DNA of 64,000 nucleotides from NCBI GenBank assembly GCA_023398815.1, contig JAEWRW010000010.1, forward strand, positions 2,316 through 66,315, read 5' to 3'. The position numbers and the translations under genes are program-made. This document shows, piece after piece, positions 18,829-28,558 of this stretch; the first letter of the stretch is position 1; each line of letters begins with the position of its first letter. The DNA comes from Bacillota bacterium (GTDB lineage: Bacteria > Bacillota > Clostridia > Christensenellales > UMGS416). The notes beneath the pieces are model-generated. The model was not told where the DNA came from. It saw only the letters and a program-made list of their open reading frames with translations, and made no database searches.

Positions 18829-20019
18829 ATGTTTGATTTACAGGGCAAATACAACACCGCCAGAATCTTTACAGACAACGTGGAGCCGGAAGCGATGGCG
18901 CAGATTCTCAATCTGCTCAACCAGGAGTTTGTCTCCGGCAGCAAAATCCGCATCATGCCCGACACCCACGCCGGTGCGGGCTGCACCATTGGTACCACCA
19001 TGACGGTGGCCGACCGGGTGGTGCCCAACCTCGTGGGGGTGGACATCGGCTGCGGCATGGAGACGGTGCTGCTGGAGGAGAGCCGGGTGGAGCTGCAAAA
19101 GCTGGACCGTGTGGTTCACGAGCGGGTGCCCGCCGGGTTTGCCACGCGGGAGAAGGCACACCCCCTGCTGGGTGAAGTGGATCTGTCTCAGTTGCGGGCG
19201 ATAAAGTAGGTCAACCGCAACCGGGCCGAACTGAGCCTGGGCACGCTGGGCGGCGGCAACCATTTCATTGAGCTTGATCGGGACGACGACGGCAAGCTCT
19301 ATCTGGTTGTGCATTCGGGCAGCCGGAACCTGGGCAAGCAGGTGGCGGAGCACTACCAGGAGGCCGCCGCCCGCGATTTATCAAAGAAAGCCAAGGATAC
19401 CAGCAAGCTCGTTGCCGAGCTGAAGGCACAGGGGCGGGAGACGGAGATTCAGGCGGAGCTGAAGAAGCGCAGCGTCCACAAGATTGATCGGAACCTCGCG
19501 TTTCTGGAGGGTGACCTGCTGGAGGACTACCTCCACGACATGGCGATCGTGCAGCGCTACGCCGCGCTCAACCGCCGGGCCATCGTGCGGGAGATTGTCA
19601 AGGCGATGGGGTGGAAGATCGGCGAGCAGTTCACCACCGTACACAACTACATCGACCTGGAGGCGATGATTCTGCGCAAGGGGGCGATCTCGGCGCAAAA
19701 GGACGAGCGCGTCTTGATTCCCCTGAACATGCGGGACGGCAGCCTGCTCTGCGTGGGCAAAGGCAACGACGACTGGAACTGCTCGGCACCCCATGGGGCG
19801 GGGCGCTTGATGAGCCGGAGCGCCGCCAAAGGGAGCATCACCCTCTCGCAGTTTGAGAAATCCATGGAGGGGATTTATTCCACCACGGTGGGCAGGAACA
19901 CCATCGACGAGTCGCCGTTTGCGTACAAACCGATGGAGGAGATCCTCCAAAACATCGGGGAGACTGTTGCGGTCATCCAAACGATCAAGCCGCTCTACAA
20001 CTTCAAGGCGGCGGAGTAG
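18829..20019 (+). pseudogene. rtcB: RNA ligase RtcB interrupted by one in-frame TAG (19207-19209)
   Basis: ORFs 18829-19209 and 19210-20019 are in the same frame. The N-terminal part has IMPDTHAGAGCTIGT. The C-terminal part has GTLGGGNHFIEL, HSGSRNLG and CSAPHGAGR (RtcB metal and GMP-His motifs). Confidence 0.8.
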
Positions 20020-20189
20020 GAGAGAACTGCCGCAGGGTTCGCGTCGCGCACGGGAAGATTCGCGCCACCCTTCCATGTTTTGTTGTGATTTCCCCATCGC
20101 CATGGGGTATCTAAAGGGAAGGAAATGATTCGTTTGCCGCTGGTGGGTGCTCCAACGGGGGAGCGCTCCGCCGGTTGACAGGAGGAACC

Positions 20190-23100
20190 ATGGTGCAAGA
20201 ACGCGACGACGTGGCGCAGATGCCCGACTTGCAGGGCTTGCTGGGGGCGCTGTGGCGGGCGGACGACCGCTGGCCCCTGGCGGTGCTGGGGCCGGGGGGA
20301 GAGCGCTTGGCGGCGGTGGGGGAGTGGCCCGGGCCGGGGTTGGCGCAGGCCAGCACCCTCCCGGTGGAGGGGGTGGCGGCCTTGGCCGTGGCCCTGCTGC
20401 CGGGCGGCGACGGCCCCACCGACGAGGCGCACCGGCAGCTGCGCCGGTTGGCGGCGCTGGTGGGCGAGCGGCTGGAGGGGTCGCCGGGCGCCCCCTACGG
20501 CGTGGCACGGCTGGTGGCCCGGCACACCGGGGATTTGGTCATCCAGACGACGCAGGACAGAGTCGTCGTCTATTGCTCCGACGAGGTGCGCCAGTTGCTG
20601 GGGTATGAGCCTGATGAGGTGGTAGGACGGCTCACTTGGGATTTCTGCCACCCGGAGGACATCGGCGTACTGGCCCGCGACGGGCAGCTCTCCGGCGATG
20701 GTGCGGCCGATGCGGTGCTGCGGATGCGGCTGGCTGACGGAGGCTGGCAGTGGATGCGTGTCCGTCGGCAGGAGCTGCGCGACGCGTGGGGGCCGGCGGG
20801 CAGGCTGTTGTGCGCGCGGCCCCTGGGCGGGCAGGACATGTTGGAGCGCGCGCTCCTCAAGGCCCTGGAGGAGAACCGGCGGCTCTATGACCAGGCGCCC
20901 TGCGGCTATTACTCCAGCGACCCGCAGGGGAGGGTTACCCGCGCCAACGACACGCTGGCGGAGCTGCTGGGCTACTCCAAGGCGGAGCTCATCGGTGTAC
21001 GTTCCATCCGCCAGATGATGCACCCCCGCGAGCAAGCCGAGTGCATCATTGCCGCCATGTGTGAGGAGCGACGGGGCAGGGAGTTTGAGGTGGAACTCAC
21101 CCGTGCCGACGGCACGCGGGTGCCGGTGCTCTTCAATGCCGCCCCTCAGTTCAACGCCGAGGGCGCGTTCACCGGCTTCCACTGCATGGTGGTGGGCATG
21201 ACCGAGCGCCGCCAGATGGAGCAGGCCCTGCGCCAGAGCGAGGAACAATACCGCCTGCTGGCTGAGCATTCGGCCGACGCCATCGTGCGGGCAGACGGCT
21301 GCGGTCGGGTGTCCTATGTGTCGCCGGCCAGCGAGCGGCTGCTGGGATACCGGCCCGACGAACTGGTGCCCCTGCCACTGGTGGGGTTGGTGCACCCCGA
21401 GGATCAGCAGACCTTCCTGGCCGCCATTGGCCCGCTACGCACGCGGGGCGGCTATTCGGTGCTCACCTGCCGGTGGATCCACCGCAACGGCGACTGCCGT
21501 TGGCTGGAGAGCCGCTTCAACTCCATCGCCGACCCGGCGACGGGGCAGGTGAGCGAAATCATTGGAATCACCCGCGATGTGACTGAACGAGTGGAAGCAC
21601 AGCAGGCCCTGCAGGCCGCCAAGGAATATGCCGAGCGGGTGATCCGCCTGGTGAACGGCGTACTCATCGTCTTTGATGACCAGGGGGTCATTCGGGAGTT
21701 CAACCGCGCGGCCGAGGAACTGACCGGCTACCGGCGGGAGGAAATGGTGGGCCAAAACTGGAAAGCGCTGAACCTGGACGTGGAGGCCATGCGGGCGCCG
21801 CTGGTGCAGAGCGTGGAGCGGGGCCAGCCGCTGCGCACCCTGGAAGGAGTGCTGCGCAGCCGCGATGGCCAGGAACACCTCATCCTTTGGCAAAACGGCT
21901 GGCAGGCCGACCAGGAGGGTGGCTATGGCGGGCTCATCGCCCTGGGCACGGACGTAACCGAGCAGCGCGCGCTGGAGGCCCAGGTGCGCCGCACTTCCCA
22001 GCAGATGGAGCTGATGCTTCGCAACATCGACGCCGTGCTGCTGCGGGTGGACCGCACCGGCGTGCTGCGGGTGATTGAGGGGCGGAACATGCGGCCGGGG
22101 CGGGGCGTGGCCAAGGCCATGCAGGGGAGGGACCTGCGCTGGCTGCGTAAGCGTTTCCCCGGGGCCGGCAAGGCCGTCGACCGGGCCATGGCCGGCCACT
22201 CGGCGCGCACCACCATCTCCCTGCGGGGGATGGAGCTGGAGTTGTCGCTCTCCCCCTACCTGGGGGCAGACGGCCAGCCCGACGGCTTCATCGGCCTGGC
22301 GGTAGACGCCACCGAGCGATACCTGGCCGAGCGCAACCTCCACGCCGAGAAGGAACGCCTGGCCGTCACCCTGCAATCCATCGGCGATGCGGTGGTCGCC
22401 ACCGATGAGCAGGGCGTGGTGACGATGATGAACGGTGTGGCCGAGGCCATCACCGGCTGGGCCCGGCAGGAGATCATCGGCCGCCGGGTGGACCACATGC
22501 TGCAACTCATGGACAGCCGCAGCGGCAAGCCCCTGCCCGACCCGGTGCAGCGGGTGCTGATGACCGGCCGGGCCGAACCCCGCACCGAATCGAACCTGAT
22601 GCTGCCCGACGGCAGGCACTGCCCCATTCAGAGCACCGTGTCGCCCATCCTCGAGGGCAGCCGGGTGCTGGGCGCGGTGGCGGTGTTTCGCGATGTAACG
22701 CTGGAGCGCCGCCGGCAGGAGGAAGTGCTCTACCTTAGCTATCATGACAAACTGACCGGCCTCTACAACCGCGCCTATCTGGAGGGCCAGATGAACCGGC
22801 TGGAGGAGGAGGGCATGCTGCCGGTGGCCATCATCATGGGCGACGTCAACGGGCTGAAGCTGACCAACGACGTCTTTGGCCATGGCGAGGGCGACCGGAT
22901 GCTGCGCACCATTGCCGGGCAGCTGACCCGCTGCTGCCACCCCGACCACGTGGTAGCCCGCTACGGCGGCGATGAGTTCGCCATCCTGCTGCCGGGGGCC
23001 GGGGAGGCCGAGGCGGCCGCCATCTGCCGCACCATAGCCGAGGACTGCTGCCAGGGGCAGGCCAGGGGCAGCACAAAACCCTCGATCTCCCTGGGTTTCG

Positions 23101-23756
23101 CCATCAAGACCGACGCCGACCAGAGCCTGGAGAGCGTCATCAAGCAGGCAGAGGACTACATGTACCGCCAGAAGCTGATGGAGAGCCGCTCCCAGCACAG
23201 CTACATGCTCTCGTCCATCCGCGCCACGCTCTTTGAGAAGAGCTACGAAACCGAGCAGCACGCCCAGCGTTTGGTGGAGCTGTCGCGCTCCGTCTGTCGG
23301 GGGCTGAGTGTGCCGGAGCAGGACATCCACGACATGGAGCTCTTTGCCATGCTCCATGACATTGGCAAGATCGCTATCGACGGGGCAATCCTCACCAAAC
23401 CTGGCTCCCTCTCCGACGCCGAATGGCTGGAGATGCGCCGCCACCCCGAGATCGGCTACCGCATCGCCCAGTCCTCGCCGGAGCTGTCGCACATCGCCGA
23501 TTACATCCTGAGCCACCACGAGCGCTGGGATGGCCGGGGCTACCCACAGGGGCTGGCCGGGGCAGAGATCCCGCTGCCGGCGCGTATCCTGGCGGTGGTG
23601 GACGCCTATGACGCCATGACCCAGGATCGCGTGTACCGCCAAGCCCTGCCACACCGATTGGCCCTCGATGAGATCGCCCGCCAGGCCGGCAGCCAGTTCG
23701 ACCCCCACGTGGCCGCCGTGTTTCTGGGCACGATGGAGGAGGACGCTGCGCCCTGA
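20190..23756 (+). CDS. Multi-PAS sensor with GGDEF diguanylate cyclase and HD-GYP phosphodiesterase domains
   Basis: Several PAS units, GGDEF motif RYGGDEFAILL and HD-GYP motifs HDIGK and HHERWDGRGYP. ATG 20190 follows RBS CAGGAGGA. Confidence 0.9.
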   Translation: MVQERDDVAQMPDLQGLLGALWRADDRWPLAVLGPGGERLAAVGEWPGPGLAQASTLPVEGVAALAVALLPGGDGPTDEAHRQLRRLAALVGERLEGSPGAPYGVARLVARHTGDLVIQTTQDRVVVYCSDEVRQLLGYEPDEVVGRLTWDFCHPEDIGVLARDGQLSGDGAADAVLRMRLADGGWQWMRVRRQELRDAWGPAGRLLCARPLGGQDMLERALLKALEENRRLYDQAPCGYYSSDPQGRVTRANDTLAELLGYSKAELIGVRSIRQMMHPREQAECIIAAMCEERRGREFEVELTRADGTRVPVLFNAAPQFNAEGAFTGFHCMVVGMTERRQMEQALRQSEEQYRLLAEHSADAIVRADGCGRVSYVSPASERLLGYRPDELVPLPLVGLVHPEDQQTFLAAIGPLRTRGGYSVLTCRWIHRNGDCRWLESRFNSIADPATGQVSEIIGITRDVTERVEAQQALQAAKEYAERVIRLVNGVLIVFDDQGVIREFNRAAEELTGYRREEMVGQNWKALNLDVEAMRAPLVQSVERGQPLRTLEGVLRSRDGQEHLILWQNGWQADQEGGYGGLIALGTDVTEQRALEAQVRRTSQQMELMLRNIDAVLLRVDRTGVLRVIEGRNMRPGRGVAKAMQGRDLRWLRKRFPGAGKAVDRAMAGHSARTTISLRGMELELSLSPYLGADGQPDGFIGLAVDATERYLAERNLHAEKERLAVTLQSIGDAVVATDEQGVVTMMNGVAEAITGWARQEIIGRRVDHMLQLMDSRSGKPLPDPVQRVLMTGRAEPRTESNLMLPDGRHCPIQSTVSPILEGSRVLGAVAVFRDVTLERRRQEEVLYLSYHDKLTGLYNRAYLEGQMNRLEEEGMLPVAIIMGDVNGLKLTNDVFGHGEGDRMLRTIAGQLTRCCHPDHVVARYGGDEFAILLPGAGEAEAAAICRTIAEDCCQGQARGSTKPSISLGFAIKTDADQSLESVIKQAEDYMYRQKLMESRSQHSYMLSSIRATLFEKSYETEQHAQRLVELSRSVCRGLSVPEQDIHDMELFAMLHDIGKIAIDGAILTKPGSLSDAEWLEMRRHPEIGYRIAQSSPELSHIADYILSHHERWDGRGYPQGLAGAEIPLPARILAVVDAYDAMTQDRVYRQALPHRLALDEIARQAGSQFDPHVAAVFLGTMEEDAAP

Positions 23757-24700
23757 CGGGCTTCGCTTTCGCGGCGGCTGCTTCGCAACCGCCGCGAGTC
23801 AGGAGAGCTCGTCACGAGTGAGTTGGGGCCAGCCACCGCGCATGTCGCTGGCGGGCTTTCGTCTGCGTTGGTCGTACTTTAATTTTACGGTGGAGACGCC
23901 GCTGCGGCGGGAGGGGTGCGTGCCACGGACGGACTGCGGCGTGCCGCTGCCGGGTAAACCGGCTACGCGGCTACCTTTTTGATGGGGCGCGCGGGGTTTT
24001 GGGCAGGAGACGCCGCCTACGGGACTTGCGCCGTCGGGCGCCTGGGCTGTGGCGGGAGGGGCCGAGTACCACGAACGGGCAGTTCCGTGCCGCTGGCGGA
24101 TAGACCACCTCGCGGCTGCGGGACATAGCTTACGAGACGGAAGTCGGTCGTACCGTCCCTTCGGGCGCGTTCGAGTTTCCCCCGGGTTGCATGGGCGAGC
24201 AATGCGCGAAGCACATGACCAGCCCGGACGGCTGGCGGCACTCGGCTGGCGACAACGGGCACGCAGGCACCCTCTTCCCAACCCTCCCCCAAACTGGGGG
24301 AGGGCGGCGAGGCCGTGGGCACACTCCCTGCGTGTATACCAATCATATGGATTGCAAGGCGGAAGTCGGTCGTACCGTCCTCCGGGCGCGTTCGAGTTTC
24401 CCCCTGGCGACCGGTGGCACTTGGCTGGCGACAACGGGCGGGATGTTTGAGCCTTTCCGTTGCGGAGCAAAAGGAAAGGCGAGTTACCGCCCTCTGGTAC
24501 TCACCTTTGTGCCGGTCATCAGGTCTTGGAAACTCGTCCGCTCGAGCACGCCGGATGCGTGCTCATCCGTTTCGGGCCGTGAGGGCGACATTCGTGTCGC
24601 CCTAGCGCCTGGATGGCGCGTAAGGCCCGAACGGGGGCGTTTTTGGGCACTTTTGCGCTTTCCAAAAGTGCCGCCCAGCGCAGCGCGTTTCCTAAAGCAT
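23757..24700 (+). repeat. Mosaic repeat copy C (H1, H2, M3, duplicated 46-nt segment, R3 core 24384-24690)
   Basis: Begins 4 nt after the stop codon with CTTCGCTTTCGCGGCGG. Internal direct repeat GGAAGTCGGTCGTACCGTCC..GGGCGCGTTCGAGTTTCCCCC at 24139-24184 and 24361-24405. Confidence 0.85.
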
Positions 24701-25005
24701 GGGTCGGGATGCCGAACCAAGGGTGTTGCAGAGGAACAAACGAAATGCGCGACCAGTTAAGCTCCTTGGCCCGCGCCAGCGTCCTGTTAACCGCGACAAG
24801 AGCAGAATCGATTGTCTCTTGGTGGGAGCATGCCGCCATTGCCCAGGCAATGATGCCGCGAAGGCCCCGTTGCGCTGCAATCGCCGGTTTGGCCCATGAC
24901 GGAGACATTTGCCCTTTAGCATATTGCAAAATCGCTAGGGTTGTCATATCATAAACAATCATCTGCTATCACTACAAAAACACCCGTAACAGGGCGGAGG
25001 TTCCC

Positions 25006-25737
25006 ATGCAAGAGAACGAAAAGTACTCCACACGAACAAACGCCATGCGCACGCTGCGCCGGGCCATGCTGGCCATTCTGGTGGCGCTTGCCCTGCCATG
25101 CCTGACGGCCTGCGTCGTGTACACCACCGACGGCCTTCTTATGCCCACGGCCAGTGCGTCGTCGGCCACCGTCGCGCCCACGGCCACCCCGAGCCCGACG
25201 GTCAGCCTTGCGGTTACCACTACGGCATCGGCCACGGCCACCCCATCGCCCGCCGTCACGGAGACCGAGACGCCCACGCCGCCCCCTGCGGCCACGGCGA
25301 CCGCGACCGCCAAAGCCACGCCCACCCCCACCACTGGGGTCAGTGAGGAATCCGACGCCTACGTCACCAAGGTGGTGAAGAAGAACGGTGTGTACCAGGT
25401 TTCGCTGGATTACGTGCAGTTCCTCGGCGGGCAGGAGGCCATTGACCAGGCCATTGCCGATGGCAACGAGGACATCCTGTCAGAGGATGAGGACGGCAAC
25501 TACACGCTGGATGATGACTACTACATCTCCAACCAGAGCAAGAAGATACGGACGTTCCCAGTGGCCACCACCTGCAAATACAAGGTGTGCGACTGGAACA
25601 GCGACGACGTGGCGACGCCCAAGAGCGTCACGCGTGCGCAGTTCATGCAGGCATTCCAAGACCGGAGCAGCATGCTTGTCCATGTTCGTGTGAAGAACGG
25701 GAAACTGACGCTGGTGGAGGAAATCTACACGCCGTGA
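25006..25737 (+). CDS. Lipoprotein with Thr/Pro/Ala-rich linker, function unknown
   Basis: 243 aa. Signal peptide with lipobox LPCLTAC, then a TATPSPT-type linker and a C-terminal globular domain. RBS GGCGGAGG. Confidence 0.7.
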   Translation: MQENEKYSTRTNAMRTLRRAMLAILVALALPCLTACVVYTTDGLLMPTASASSATVAPTATPSPTVSLAVTTTASATATPSPAVTETETPTPPPAATATATAKATPTPTTGVSEESDAYVTKVVKKNGVYQVSLDYVQFLGGQEAIDQAIADGNEDILSEDEDGNYTLDDDYYISNQSKKIRTFPVATTCKYKVCDWNSDDVATPKSVTRAQFMQAFQDRSSMLVHVRVKNGKLTLVEEIYTP

Positions 25738-25749
25738 GCCGGCGGCCGG

Positions 25750-28311
25750 CTATGGCTTGGCGCGAACGATGGCGCTGTAGGAGCTGTAGTTTGTGCCGGT
25801 GGACGCCCTGCGGAGCGCCCGCACCTTGTAGTAGTAGGTTTTAGTGCCGCTCAGGCCGGTGTTGGCGAAGCTGGTGGCGGTCGTCTCGCCCACCCGGGTG
25901 TAGCTGCCGGATGAGGAGGAGGCACGGTACACCTGGTAGGCCGTTGCCCCTGTGACGGCGCTCCAGCGCACCGTCGCCTTGGTGGCGGCGCGCGATACCT
26001 TCACCCCGGCAGGGGCGGCGGGCGCGGGCTTGACGGCCACGGCGGCGGTTTGGGCGCTGTAGGTGCGCGTTCCGCTCACGGTGACCCAGGCGCGCACCTT
26101 GTAGTAATAGGTTTTGCTTTTGGTGAGACCCGTGTTGGTGTAGCTGGTGCCGGTGGTGTCGGCCAGCTTGGTGTAGCTGCCGGTCTTGCTGGTGGCGCGG
26201 TACACCCGGTAGCCCGTCGCGCCTTTCACGGCGCTCCAGCTCACCTTCACCTTGGTGGCGGAGGTGTGCCCCGCCTTCACCCCGGTGGGGGCGGTTGGCT
26301 TGGGCGCGGCTGACACGGCGGAGGACTTGCTGCTATAGACCTTGGTGCCGTTGATGGTGGTGCCGTTGATGGTGGCGTAGGCCCGCACCTGGTAGCGGTA
26401 AGTTCTGCCCGTCGTGAGGCCCCGGTCGGTGTAGGTCAGCGTTGACCCGCCCGACACCGATGTTATCTTGGTGAATGTGCTGGAGGAACCGGTGGCGCGG
26501 TAGATGACATAGCCGGTGGCGGCGGACGACCGGCTCCACGTGAGCTTGATGCGGTCGCTGCCCGCGCTGGTTGCCGCCACACCCTTGGGGGTGGGGAGCT
26601 TCGCGATGACCTTGACCTCAATGCTGGCCTTCACCTTGCCATCGGCCGAGAGGGCGGTGAGCGTCTCCGACCGGGAGGAGCCCAGCTTCACCGCGGTGAT
26701 GGTGCCGTCGTCCATCACGCTCAGGCCGTAGTCGTCGCTGCGCCACCGCACCGTCGTGCGCGCGCCGGCGGGCAGCGCGGTGGCGGTCACCTTGCCCGAT
26801 TGCCCCTCCACCAGCGTTAAGCTGGTCGGGCTGATCTTGAGGCCGGTGAGCGCTGGCTCCTGCACGGTGGCCCCCACCTTCAGGCGGTGGATGGTCAGGG
26901 TGGCGGTGGCGTTGCTGGTTGTCCAGTAGAGGTATCCACCGCGAAGCACCGGCTGCTCAAAGGCCGGCAGGGCAGCGGAGCCGGTCAGCTTCAGCGCCTT
27001 CTGCACGGTGTTGCCTTTGGCGTCCACAATCATGCACCAGGTGGTGAAGGAATCCTCGTAGTCGTCGGCATTGTGCTTCTCCCACAGCAGCAGCACGTTG
27101 CCGTTGGTCAGGCCCACGGCTTTGGCGTTGTCGGCGTAATAGGGGGCGGCGTAGGAGGTCAGCCACTTCACCCCGTGGTCCGTCGTTCCAGGGTCCAGTA
27201 AGAATTCGTTGTCCGACCCGGTGGGTCGGGTGCCGGTGGCCACACGGTCGGCGGTGGCAAGCTGCTGGCAGGTCGTGTCAGCCCAGTCAAAGTCCTTGTC
27301 AAAGACCTGCAGGAACAGATCCCGTGGGTCAAAGTGGCCGCCATCGTGGTTGGCGGGCGCGGTGGCCAGAGAGAGCTTGCGCTCCGACGTGGCGGCCAGA
27401 ACAAAGCCCGCCGAAACCTCGGTGACGCTGCCCAGGCGGGCGTAGGTCTCGTTGTAGCCATAGGCCCGGTTGGCCCCCTCGCGGAAGTGGAACGGAATCA
27501 TCATCTTCATGGTTGCGCCGTCGCTGCTGACGCGGGAGATGTTGAACCCCCGGTTGTGGGCATCGCCGTGGTCGGCGAACAGGAACCCGTTGGAGACGGC
27601 GACCACCTGCTGGTCGAAGGAGTGGCTGGTGTACGGCTCCTGGTAATTAAGGCGCGTCATGTCTGAGGTTTTCACCCACACCACATGGTTGGACTGGTGG
27701 CCGCTGTACATTTCCCGCGCGTAGGTACACACCAGGGTGCCATTCTTCACGATAGCGCTGCAGTTGCCCGCGTCAAAGGGGTACCTCGTACCCCAATCGA
27801 GGTCGTCGGGGGAGGTATCGCCCAGCTCCCACCCCTTGAAGCTGATGGTTTTGAGGAGCTTGCCGTTAAGGTCGTACTTGCCCACGCGCAGCACCGTGGC
27901 GGTGCCCGTGCCGGCGTCGTCGCCGTCACCCCAGATGAGATAAACGTACGTACCGTCAGTGCAGGCGCCGCCCAGCATGGGCAGGCTTTTGGCGATGGTC
28001 GCCTTGTATTCCGGCTGCATCTGGGTATTGAAGCGAACCAGATGCACCTTCCAATCGGTGCTGCCGCACCCGGCGTAGACCACGGTGTAGCGCCCCTGCC
28101 CATCAAAGAACGCTGAAATGGGCGAGCAGCTGCCCAACCACTGCGACCAGGCCGGCGAAGGGTCTCGCACGGGTTCGCCGGCGGCAAATGTCCAGGTGTC
28201 GTGGGCGGCTACGGTGGTGGTGTCGGCGGCCAGCGCGGCCGACGGCCACGCCAGCGTCAGCGCCAGCAACAGCGCCGAAGCCCACGCGAGGGGTGAGGTG
28301 CGACGAGCCAT
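25750..28311 (-). CDS. Secreted surface protein: N-terminal unknown (beta-rich) domain, Big_2-like Ig domain, C-terminal FN3 array
   Basis: 853 aa with signal peptide ..WPSAALAAD. Big_2-like segment LKISPTSLTLVEGQSGKVTATALPAGA. Three FN3 units with GYRVYRATSKTGSYTKL..SKTYYYKVRAW. Confidence 0.75.
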   Translation of the reverse strand: MARRTSPLAWASALLLALTLAWPSAALAADTTTVAAHDTWTFAAGEPVRDPSPAWSQWLGSCSPISAFFDGQGRYTVVYAGCGSTDWKVHLVRFNTQMQPEYKATIAKSLPMLGGACTDGTYVYLIWGDGDDAGTGTATVLRVGKYDLNGKLLKTISFKGWELGDTSPDDLDWGTRYPFDAGNCSAIVKNGTLVCTYAREMYSGHQSNHVVWVKTSDMTRLNYQEPYTSHSFDQQVVAVSNGFLFADHGDAHNRGFNISRVSSDGATMKMMIPFHFREGANRAYGYNETYARLGSVTEVSAGFVLAATSERKLSLATAPANHDGGHFDPRDLFLQVFDKDFDWADTTCQQLATADRVATGTRPTGSDNEFLLDPGTTDHGVKWLTSYAAPYYADNAKAVGLTNGNVLLLWEKHNADDYEDSFTTWCMIVDAKGNTVQKALKLTGSAALPAFEQPVLRGGYLYWTTSNATATLTIHRLKVGATVQEPALTGLKISPTSLTLVEGQSGKVTATALPAGARTTVRWRSDDYGLSVMDDGTITAVKLGSSRSETLTALSADGKVKASIEVKVIAKLPTPKGVAATSAGSDRIKLTWSRSSAATGYVIYRATGSSSTFTKITSVSGGSTLTYTDRGLTTGRTYRYQVRAYATINGTTINGTKVYSSKSSAVSAAPKPTAPTGVKAGHTSATKVKVSWSAVKGATGYRVYRATSKTGSYTKLADTTGTSYTNTGLTKSKTYYYKVRAWVTVSGTRTYSAQTAAVAVKPAPAAPAGVKVSRAATKATVRWSAVTGATAYQVYRASSSSGSYTRVGETTATSFANTGLSGTKTYYYKVRALRRASTGTNYSSYSAIVRAKP

Positions 28312-28558
28312 AGGAGCCTCCTAGGGACTGTTTGGTTGCATCGTACGCTTTTGGCGGCGGGGTGTCAACGCACGGGGGAGAGGCGTGGGCTCTCCGCCCC
28401 TTGTCGTTTCCCTGCCATAGGCCACTTCCTTTGGCGAATCGGCGCGACAAAACCGCCCCGCCCGCGCCCCGGCTTGCTTTTCGATTTGAAATATTGTATG
28501 ATGAATCGCGCATGTGGCAACATGCCCGTACTCATTGGTTTAGGACGGTGTCATTTCC

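Noticed and set aside
19207-19209. The in-frame TAG of rtcB read as pyrrolysine or as evidence of stop-codon reassignment.
   Set aside because: No pyl genes are in the window, and TAG serves as the normal terminator of rtcB itself, hpt, uraA, comB and the GGDEF gene. This is kept only as a check in the finding.
21435-23708. 757-aa minus-strand ORF opposite the PAS-GGDEF-HD-GYP gene. Similar long antisense ORFs occur at 5740-7332, 19995-21395, 30263-32509, 38716-39948, 40546-42321, 56487-58334 and 60973-62649.
   Set aside because: All of them overlap strongly supported genes on the other strand, have Gly/Ala/Arg/His/Pro-rich compositions and contain no recognisable motifs. They are GC-driven open frames.
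23757-23860. The stop-codon-adjacent hairpins considered as integron attC sites or gene-cassette boundaries.
   Set aside because: The flanked genes are core housekeeping genes (rho, uraA, comB). There is no intI integrase or attI, the elements are several hundred nt long, and no GTTRRRY core sites were seen at the borders.
24519-24962. 147-aa minus-strand ORF whose first 75 or so residues look protein-like (MIVYDMTTLAILQYAKGQMSPSWAKPAIAAQRGLRGIIAWAMAA..).
   Set aside because: It has no Shine-Dalgarno sequence. The C-terminal half simply reads through the mosaic repeat (including the GGCACTTTTG..CAAAAGTGCC hairpin), and no family was recognised. It may be a gene fragment truncated by the repeat, but this is not supportable as a gene.
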